A stretch of 38,676 bases of DNA from a virus: positions 1-38,676 of the IMG/VR virus record IMGVR_UViG_3300029573_000020, one strand, 5' to 3'. Under the pieces are notes generated by a model. That model searched no databases. It was not told where the DNA came from and saw only the letters and a program-made list of their open reading frames with translations. Positions 24,787-31,926 of this stretch are shown one piece after another (position 1 is the first letter of the stretch; every line of letters begins with the position of its first letter). A program made the translations under genes and the position numbers.

Positions 24787-25075
24787 AGATTCCGACCTCT
24801 CTTTCATCTCCTATATAGATTGTAATACCGTCTGACAGGTTGCTTGTTTCGTAATACGGTATCTTTTCTACGGTAATATTTTTGACTAAGTGTTTGTTTG
24901 CTGTTGGCAGCTCCTGTGCCTCATGAGCTGCAGAGTGTACCGTATAGGCTCCCTCGTACAGCTCAGCGCCGATAACCGACCTTGCCGACAATGTGCCACA
25001 CAGGTTAGCTCTGCTGGGCGATAACGTGCCATGCAGCTCGCCTTTGGCAGCCGTCAGCGTGCCATGTAACCTCAT
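24779..25075 (-). CDS. Small tail-fibre-related protein
   Basis: LHGTL(T/S) ×3 repeats. C-terminal VEKIPYYETSNLSDGITIYIG parallels VEPIPYNESDNAQGGKTVTIG of the preceding gene product. Confidence 0.4.
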   Translation of the reverse strand: MRLHGTLTAAKGELHGTLSPSRANLCGTLSARSVIGAELYEGAYTVHSAAHEAQELPTANKHLVKNITVEKIPYYETSNLSDGITIYIGDEREVGIYG

Positions 25076-25401
25076 CAGTAGGTCACCTCCTCCATGAGCA
25101 AAAACTCGTGCGGCGGGATGACTGTATCTACATAGCCGTCAGCACGTTTGAGCTCGATGTCGTACACATAAGCGCCAAACGTCAGCCCCTCTGTATCGGC
25201 TGGTTTGATATCCAGCTCGCCGCCAGCAATGATTTTTTGCAGAACGATAGCGGGATTTCTGGCGGCTCTCCGGAGCGTAAACGTCAACACGTCACCCTCG
25301 GTCAGCTCAACAGGGCTGCCGTTGGCGTCAGTGATGGTGATGGTAAAAACACCGCTGTCGCCCCTGATCATGCTGATGTTGTTGTTGTCAACCTTAAACA
25401 T
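25075..25401 (-). CDS. Hypothetical tail protein (108 aa)
   Basis: TAAGGAGGTG RBS. Beta-rich composition. Confidence 0.45.
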   Translation of the reverse strand: MFKVDNNNISMIRGDSGVFTITITDANGSPVELTEGDVLTFTLRRAARNPAIVLQKIIAGGELDIKPADTEGLTFGAYVYDIELKRADGYVDTVIPPHEFLLMEEVTY

Positions 25402-25513
25402 GGCGTATCACCTCCTTAAAATAATAACCTTGCGTTGGGGATTAAACCGTGCGCAGCTCGCCAGGCTGAAATGCTTGTTGTTTCATAAGTTACTTACCTT
25501 TCTGATGTAAAAA

Positions 25514-26362
25514 TTAGCAAATAGTCCCTATTAACCAACCGTAATTGTACCAAGCATCAAATTCGTAAAATCCTCCGTACTCAGGACCTCCATTATCCGG
25601 GTACGTCCATTCTCCTGTATCCGGGTTGTATTCTGGAGCTTGACTATCGCCTGTCCAAAACGTATTGAAAAATCTGGGAACAATGCTTACTACTTGATTT
25701 TTTAAAATATATGTTGGCCTTTTATGGCTTTCTACGCCTTGTGGTGATGCATAATGAGCTTGTTGGTAAAGCTCATAGTAATAATCTTCTCCTAAATTGC
25801 ACGCAATTATTGGCTTTTCGCTCGCAGTAGAAATGTTATCTTTTTCTTCGCTTCCACATTTCAAGACGTTTATATAGGGCCGTTCAGAAGAAAAGACTAT
25901 TTCGTTCTTATCGTTTATTATTTCAAGCCCAGTGCCGTGTTCGCTAGGTGTCCTTGTGGCATGGTTAAAGATATACAGTGTCGACGTTGCTATAATATCA
26001 TCTCTTTCGATAGCAACTATGCCAATTTGTGCTACTGCGCTTCCGTCACCAAAAAAGCGAATAGTGTTTCCGATAGCTAAATAGGAAAACGGCACTTCGC
26101 TAGTTATTCCATTTAAACTTATCCCAACCAACGCATTGTCTGGTATCGAATGACCAGACGGAAATTCATAATAATAATTGTGCCATCCCGCCGTGCTACT
26201 AGACATATCTTTCTTCTTGCACTGTGATAACGGGAAACTGTCAACTACTTCCATGCAAGCAAATTTATCGTCGATAACGACTCTTTTATCATCGCCTATA
26301 ACTTCAAGATAAGTGCTCATATTATTCCATACCTTATCTTCGTGCCGAGTTGGTTTTTCCAA
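25514..26362 (-). CDS. Hypothetical protein in an AT-rich cassette (possible receptor-binding/adhesin module)
   Basis: 282 aa. Marked GC drop across 25440..26610. Aromatic-rich C-terminus …YNPDTGEWTYPDNGGPEYGGFYEFDAWYNYGW. Confidence 0.4.
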   Translation of the reverse strand: MEKPTRHEDKVWNNMSTYLEVIGDDKRVVIDDKFACMEVVDSFPLSQCKKKDMSSSTAGWHNYYYEFPSGHSIPDNALVGISLNGITSEVPFSYLAIGNTIRFFGDGSAVAQIGIVAIERDDIIATSTLYIFNHATRTPSEHGTGLEIINDKNEIVFSSERPYINVLKCGSEEKDNISTASEKPIIACNLGEDYYYELYQQAHYASPQGVESHKRPTYILKNQVVSIVPRFFNTFWTGDSQAPEYNPDTGEWTYPDNGGPEYGGFYEFDAWYNYGWLIGTIC

Positions 26363-26610
26363 AATATCCTATACCCGGTATCATCTATGCGCAAAATTGG
26401 ATATTCGTTATTACTGGGTTTGTATACCGGAGATACGTTACTGAGGATTATGTACCACAGCTTATTATTCGGATATCCTATGCCAGCGCTTGTGATTTCT
26501 CCGCTGCCTTGCAGAGTTGCTTGTCCTATTGTTCTTGTGATATTGCTGTTAGTATCTAATTTCACACTTCCGTCTGCGTTGTTTATTACTAAACCTTGAG
26601 CCATTACCAT
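26317..26610 (-). CDS. Hypothetical protein (97 aa) in an AT-rich cassette. Overlaps the next ORF by 46 bp.
   Basis: The start overlaps the stop of the gpJ-like gene. Fibre-like N-terminus MAQGLVINNADGSVKLDTNSNITRTIGQ. Confidence 0.35.
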   Translation of the reverse strand: MVMAQGLVINNADGSVKLDTNSNITRTIGQATLQGSGEITSAGIGYPNNKLWYIILSNVSPVYKPSNNEYPILRIDDTGYRIFWKNQLGTKIRYGII

Positions 26611-29600
26611 ACCCCCATTTTTACCCGAAGCACATTATTGCTGTCATATACTTCAATCAAGTTGTCTTTTATTTCCGTTCTTGCTCCGCTAGTTGCTGTA
26701 CGTAATGTACCGATAGTCGCGCAGATAGCTGACAGGCTATCTACCGCCATTTTATCAGCGCTGATGCTGCCTGCAAGCATATTGTTTGTAATCACATTGC
26801 CGTCAATCTGCGTATCACCTGTAACATGGACGTATTTGCCGTCAAGCAGGATTGTGCCGTCGGCGATGTTGATTTTTGTGATAATATCATTGCCGTCAAG
26901 GTCGATATTTTTCACCGCAAGGCTGATGGCATCCTGAGTTTGCTGTATAGTACTGTATGATTCTAATTTTTTATCAGTCGCATTATTCAGCTTAACAACC
27001 ATGTTGCTGATTGCCGTGTTGGTCTGCTCAATTGTACTGTAACCGCTCAGTTTTCCGTCAGTATAGCTTGCTACCTGCGAGCTGATGAGTGCTTCAGTCT
27101 GCTTAGTAGTACTGTATTGGCTGAGCGTGTCATTTTTAAAATTAGCAATGCTGCTGCTAATCATGCCAGATGTCTGCTCGGTCGTGCTGTATTTGCTGAG
27201 CGTACCGTCCCTAAAATCAGCAATGCCACTGCTAATCATGGCAGCTGTCTGCTTAGTAGTGCTGTACTGACTAAGCGTGTCATTTTTAAAATTAGCAATG
27301 CTGCTGCTAATCATGTTGGCTGTCTGCTCTGTGGTACTGTAATTACCCATGCTGCTTGCAACACGTGTAGCAATAAGTGTTTCTGTCTGTGTGGTCGTGC
27401 TGTAATCCTTAGCTAATTTGTCAGCGGTAATCTTACTGCTGTTCAGCGCTGCATTAGCGTCAGCTAAAGCGTTATTGCTATTTTGTAACGCAGTGTTTGC
27501 GTTGGCCGTAGCGTTGGCAATGTTGTTTTTTATAGTCGCATCGAGCTTATCGGCGGCAATGCTTCCTGCCTCTATCAGCCCTGCGTCAATCGTTGCTTTC
27601 ACGGTTACTGTTTCGCTGCCGCTGTATCTGCCGTCACCGAAATAATTGTAATAGCAAGCCTTGACCTCATAAACGCCAGCATCGAGAGATTTATAATAGC
27701 TCAGGTTCGCTGTTTTATCGTCGCTGTCATTCGTCGCTCCGTCAAAGTACCAATGCACGCCGATACAATTATTCGGAATGCTATCTAACACGCGACATTC
27801 AATGCCCTGCATTTTTGCCTTGACGCTGATTTTCGGTGCTGTCGGCGTTGCGAAATTGTATGCTGCTGTTGCTGGGGCGCTGACCTTGCCGTAGGCTGAC
27901 ACAGCAAAAACGTAAATCGTGCCGTAACGTGCGGTTATAGCGTTTGTTGTATAGCTGTTATCTGCCGTGCGTGCGATAAAATTAGCGTTATCAACACCAA
28001 CGTTAGCATCTAGCCTGATTTCGTAATATTTTATATCGGCGTTGTGCACCTCGTCCCATTTGATTACAACAGCATCTTTTAAAGTGATGCTGAGGTTTGC
28101 CGGCGCTGTTGGTGTTGCTGTGCTGATTGCAACTAAAATATTTGTCTGTGCCGATGCGTCGGGTGTCTCGACATTACCAAAAATATCCTGCGTACATACA
28201 GCGATTTGATATCTCTTGCCGATATCCACCTGCGGCAATGTAGCTGATTTGTAGCCGCTGCCGCCGTATCGCCACGCTTCGCCGTATTGTCTGTACCATA
28301 CCTGCGCTTGCTGATAATTATCAAAATCAGCTGGCGACCACTCAACGATAATATCATGATAGACAATCTTGCCACCGACATCACGATATTTATTATAAGC
28401 TGTTACGTCTGTACAATTCGGCAGGTCAGACACAGCAGCGACGCAGCTGTAACAATCAACGTCAGCCAGGTTTTGCCCGTTCGCCTTAAATTCGTTAAAT
28501 GCAGGGAATTTAAAATACAGCGTTCTGCCGATATGCTGTTTGGTAAGCGGGACAACGTATATACCGCCGTCCAAAACGGCAACATCCTCGCCGTAGCTAT
28601 GCGCCTTTGCCGTTGTGCCGTACTGACCACGTATCAGCCCTGTGAGCTGATACAGATTGCTGTTTAACAGCGTTGCACGTGTATAGCTCATGCATTCGCC
28701 GTTTATCCAAATCAGTGTATTACCGTTGGCTGCATCCTGTGCGCTGCCTGTCAGCAGCTCAACGGGGCGCTGATTATTTAAGCGGATATATGCGCTCGTT
28801 GCATCAGCCGTCATTGTTCCCGCTGTTGTGCCGTAGATGCTGTTGATGCCCTGTGTGCCGATATTGCTGTAATCGCCGTCCTTATCGCTGACAAAAACAT
28901 TGCAGCCGCCCCACGTCTTGGCAGCGCCTTGCAATGCTATCCATAATTCGCAGCCGCTTGCGCTTGTCACGAGGTCGGACGGCGGAATGATAAACAATGG
29001 ACGCGCTGTATTGCCAGGTTCTACGTTAAAATCTTGGTATTGGTAATCATTGACAACGGTGTATTTTGCTTCGCTGTACGCTCCGGGCGCTCTCTGTACA
29101 GCTGTTACAGTGAGGATACCGGTTTTCGCCTCGGTAATCTCACTGACCATTACCACCTGTCCGGCAATGCCAATCGCCTCATCAGTGATACGCAGCAAAT
29201 CACCCGGCTCCAACCTGCAATATTTCCACGGCAGCCTAAACGTATATTGATTGCATTCCGTCTGTGCGATGCGTGTTTTCATTTGTGCGTATTTCAGCGC
29301 TCGTTCTTTTGTGTGATACCATTTAGCATCATAGGTAACGCTTCGCACGCCGTATTTTTTGATGCTGTCAAGGTCTTGATAGCTGACCGATTCTTCCTCG
29401 TAATCGTTGGCGCGGTTTAAAAAATTTACAGTAATGTAATTATAAATTTCCGTGCTGTCCTTACGTTTAACGATTACAGGCGAGCCGCTTTGCGGAATAA
29501 AATCATCAGCCGTCAGATCATACATAATCTGTGTGTTTGGCGACCATTCGGCGCGTTGAACATCGTCGCGTACAGCGAATTTAAAACGGTCTACGCTCCA

Positions 29601-30332
29601 ATACATATATGTATTGGTAAGCTCCAGCAGATTAGCAATAATTGTTTGAGCTTTATCCTGCCTGCTGAATGCATCGTTTGGCGTGCTGATAAGCAAATCA
29701 GCATTGCTGCAATATTTGGCGTAATCTGCAAAACTCGCCTCGTCGATGTATGAGCCTAAGCCGATTTTACTCAATATGTCCTTAATGACATAAGCGGGAT
29801 TTGCATCGGTGTTATCGGCAATCAATGTGCCGCGGACCTCAAAGCTATATGACGGCATTGAGGCATTATCCTCGCCTAAAAAAATCCTGCCATACAGATA
29901 CGCTAAATTATCATAGCCTGTTGCGATGTCAGCATGATTTGTGCTCATGTAGGTTGTCGGCTGGCTGTTATCGCCCTTGTTGAGCGCCAATCCTGCACCC
30001 TCGTTATTGGTGTTGGCGTTCAATGCGCCTAAGCCTGCGTAGGCTGTATCGCCCACCCACACTTTATTGATACCGCTTATCACGCCCTCGCCCAACGCAA
30101 GCTCAGCATAAACATAATACAGATATGTTATGGTGGTGCTTTTTGATTTGCCGCTTTTCTGCGTAGTGCGTTTTTCTTTCGTTTCAAAATCCTGATAACA
30201 CATCAGGTTCGGCGACACCTTACACGTGCCGTACAACAGCGGCACGGGTGTGCCAAACTCACAGACGGTGCTTTGGAAAGCGTCTATTTTTTGCGAGCGG
30301 CTCGTAAATTTCGTACCTTTAAAAAGTCCCAT
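26604..30332 (-). CDS. Central tail / host-specificity protein (gpJ-like Phage-tail_3 N-region + FN3 domain + repeat shaft + C-terminal domain)
   Basis: 1242 aa. TTGGAGGT RBS. FN3-like PTAPANLSITLKDAVVIKWDEV…YEIRL. Seven YSTTEQT-type ~20-aa repeats. It follows the NlpC/P60 gene as in lambda K→J. Confidence 0.7.
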   Translation of the reverse strand: MGLFKGTKFTSRSQKIDAFQSTVCEFGTPVPLLYGTCKVSPNLMCYQDFETKEKRTTQKSGKSKSTTITYLYYVYAELALGEGVISGINKVWVGDTAYAGLGALNANTNNEGAGLALNKGDNSQPTTYMSTNHADIATGYDNLAYLYGRIFLGEDNASMPSYSFEVRGTLIADNTDANPAYVIKDILSKIGLGSYIDEASFADYAKYCSNADLLISTPNDAFSRQDKAQTIIANLLELTNTYMYWSVDRFKFAVRDDVQRAEWSPNTQIMYDLTADDFIPQSGSPVIVKRKDSTEIYNYITVNFLNRANDYEEESVSYQDLDSIKKYGVRSVTYDAKWYHTKERALKYAQMKTRIAQTECNQYTFRLPWKYCRLEPGDLLRITDEAIGIAGQVVMVSEITEAKTGILTVTAVQRAPGAYSEAKYTVVNDYQYQDFNVEPGNTARPLFIIPPSDLVTSASGCELWIALQGAAKTWGGCNVFVSDKDGDYSNIGTQGINSIYGTTAGTMTADATSAYIRLNNQRPVELLTGSAQDAANGNTLIWINGECMSYTRATLLNSNLYQLTGLIRGQYGTTAKAHSYGEDVAVLDGGIYVVPLTKQHIGRTLYFKFPAFNEFKANGQNLADVDCYSCVAAVSDLPNCTDVTAYNKYRDVGGKIVYHDIIVEWSPADFDNYQQAQVWYRQYGEAWRYGGSGYKSATLPQVDIGKRYQIAVCTQDIFGNVETPDASAQTNILVAISTATPTAPANLSITLKDAVVIKWDEVHNADIKYYEIRLDANVGVDNANFIARTADNSYTTNAITARYGTIYVFAVSAYGKVSAPATAAYNFATPTAPKISVKAKMQGIECRVLDSIPNNCIGVHWYFDGATNDSDDKTANLSYYKSLDAGVYEVKACYYNYFGDGRYSGSETVTVKATIDAGLIEAGSIAADKLDATIKNNIANATANANTALQNSNNALADANAALNSSKITADKLAKDYSTTTQTETLIATRVASSMGNYSTTEQTANMISSSIANFKNDTLSQYSTTKQTAAMISSGIADFRDGTLSKYSTTEQTSGMISSSIANFKNDTLSQYSTTKQTEALISSQVASYTDGKLSGYSTIEQTNTAISNMVVKLNNATDKKLESYSTIQQTQDAISLAVKNIDLDGNDIITKINIADGTILLDGKYVHVTGDTQIDGNVITNNMLAGSISADKMAVDSLSAICATIGTLRTATSGARTEIKDNLIEVYDSNNVLRVKMGVW
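26850..27430. repeat. Imperfect tandem coding repeats (~60-bp unit, 120-bp higher-order) inside the gpJ-like gene
   Basis: ctgcttagtagt(a/g)ctgta(t/c)tg(g/a)ctgagcgtgtcatttttaaaattagcaatgctgctgctaatcatg recurs at ~27098 and ~27248. Encodes the YSTTEQTxxMISSSIANFKNDTLSQ repeats. Confidence 0.8.
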
Positions 30333-30762
30333 CTTTCAACCTCCAAAATCCCGTTGCCCTGCTCCTGCCTTTTGCATCCAGCAGCAACGGCTCATCCAAA
30401 TCTGTGATGCATGTGCCGTTATCGGCTGAGCAATGGATGATGCAGCCATTGCCTAAATACATTGCAAGATGTGCATAATTGCTGCGCCCCCAGCGATATG
30501 AGATAACATCGCCGGGCTGAAGCTCATCAACCTCATAGCAATATTTTGTCAGATATGCAAGCACAAGTTCTTTACAATCTTTTTGACAATACCAATCACC
30601 GCTGTAACCAAATTCCATAGGTATGTCAGCCCATCCCATTTCTTTATAAATATTGGTAATGAGCGTGCAGCAGTCAAGCCCTGCACCCTTGACGTTAGCG
30701 CCGTTGATGTGCGGCGTGCCCACATAGCTCAGCGCTGTTTCGTATAATTTGTTATTCATCAT
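30319..30762 (-). CDS. NlpC/P60-family cysteine peptidase tail protein (lambda gpK-like)
   Basis: Cys motif GLDCCTL and His motif HLAMYLGNGCIIHC. Located just upstream of the gpJ-like gene. Confidence 0.7.
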   Translation of the reverse strand: MMNNKLYETALSYVGTPHINGANVKGAGLDCCTLITNIYKEMGWADIPMEFGYSGDWYCQKDCKELVLAYLTKYCYEVDELQPGDVISYRWGRSNYAHLAMYLGNGCIIHCSADNGTCITDLDEPLLLDAKGRSRATGFWRLKDGTF

Positions 30763-31361
30763 AATTTCACCAGCACATTTTTACTAGGTTTTAACGGAAT
30801 CATACAGGTGTATGCATCTTTGCTTGCCGTGCTGACTATGCCTGACTGCTCCTGATACACATTCTGAGGCGCGAACGTCCTCAGCGGTACAGATGCATTT
30901 AAACCAATGGTTTCACTCTTTACAGATAATTTGACGCTGATGCCGCCGCATGATGACACCTCGCAGCGTCCATTAAACAGCGACAACACCCCCAGCACAG
31001 CGCCATTTTCAGCGTCCAAAAATGCACGGCTGAGAGTTAGCTGACAATCATCAAATTTGCCCTCGTGCACGGCCTTTAGCAAAAACATGTTATCCACGTT
31101 ATCATTATGCTGGCGGTCGGCGCTGATTGTGACAGACAGCGTTTCTACGGACGGCTGTCCCGCTGTCTTGGTCTGGTCACGGCTGATGATAAACATATCA
31201 TGTCTGTATGTTTTGCCATTAAAGCTGACATCGCTGTCAAAATCAGCAATGTGATATACACTCCCGCTGCTCAGCGTCAGCGTAAACAAATCGCAGCAGA
31301 TAAATTCGTTGTCAGCGTTGAGATGCTGAGCGAGGTCTAACATGCAGTTTTTCATGTTCAT
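30759..31361 (-). CDS. Tail hub/minor tail protein (DUF2163/gpL-like position)
   Basis: ~200 aa between the distal tail protein and NlpC/P60. Assigned from synteny with lambda and gene-transfer-agent tail-tip modules. Confidence 0.4.
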   Translation of the reverse strand: MNMKNCMLDLAQHLNADNEFICCDLFTLTLSSGSVYHIADFDSDVSFNGKTYRHDMFIISRDQTKTAGQPSVETLSVTISADRQHNDNVDNMFLLKAVHEGKFDDCQLTLSRAFLDAENGAVLGVLSLFNGRCEVSSCGGISVKLSVKSETIGLNASVPLRTFAPQNVYQEQSGIVSTASKDAYTCMIPLKPSKNVLVKL

Positions 31362-31915
31362 CACCTCACTGTAACCAATTTCAAGTCAACGTTGTTTACA
31401 TTCGCAAAAGACTGGGTAACAGAAAGCGTATCTGTGAAGCGTACACGCCAATAATAGTCAAAGCTTGCTTTGACAACGCTTTTTGACGTCGCATCTGGCA
31501 CTGTCAGTACGTCCCCATCCAATGTAAAATCTACAGTCTCGTTATCATCAACATAAACCCGTACATTGTCGGCCTTTTCGCAAGGCAGGACATAGCCGCC
31601 ATTTTTAATAAACAGCTGATATTTACCGTTGTCATCTCTGCTAAGATCCTGTAGTTCGACGCGAGCGCCATAATCCTTGTAAAAGAAAGGTAAAAGGGTA
31701 CCCTTGCATTTTGCATAAAAACCCATTAGCAGCGACAGATTCTTATTGTCTAATGCTGTAAAACTAACATTAAAGGACAGTTTAGGATACAGTTGGCTAC
31801 AAATCGCCCTACGCCTGCCACTGGCGGTTTCTGTCTGTGTGACCTCCCACGCCTGCTGCAGTGTACTGCTCCATGCTGTTTCACCGCTGTCAAGCGGAAA
31901 TATTCTTTCAGCCAT
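31361..31915 (-). CDS. Distal tail protein (DUF2460/gpM-like position)
   Basis: ~185 aa immediately after the tape measure. Assigned from synteny. GGGGG RBS before ATG 31915. Confidence 0.4.
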   Translation of the reverse strand: MAERIFPLDSGETAWSSTLQQAWEVTQTETASGRRRAICSQLYPKLSFNVSFTALDNKNLSLLMGFYAKCKGTLLPFFYKDYGARVELQDLSRDDNGKYQLFIKNGGYVLPCEKADNVRVYVDDNETVDFTLDGDVLTVPDATSKSVVKASFDYYWRVRFTDTLSVTQSFANVNNVDLKLVTVR

Positions 31916-31926
31916 ATGCATCCCCC

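Noticed and set aside
1473-24825. Numerous plus-strand ORFs ≥60 aa antisense to minus-strand structural/early genes (for example 1473..1905, 2875..3375, 10289..10852, 14846..15304, 23998..24825, 32545..33120)
   Set aside because: All lie entirely within strongly supported minus-strand genes, lack RBSs and have biased, low-complexity translations typical of antisense frames.
26850-27430. Possible CRISPR array suggested by regularly spaced repeats
   Set aside because: The repeats are in frame within a 1242-aa tail protein gene and encode a periodic peptide. There are no unique spacers, cas genes or leader.
25440-30332. Diversity-generating retroelement targeting the tail fibre C-terminus
   Set aside because: No reverse-transcriptase ORF and no TR/VR repeat pair with adenine-specific differences could be found anywhere in the window.
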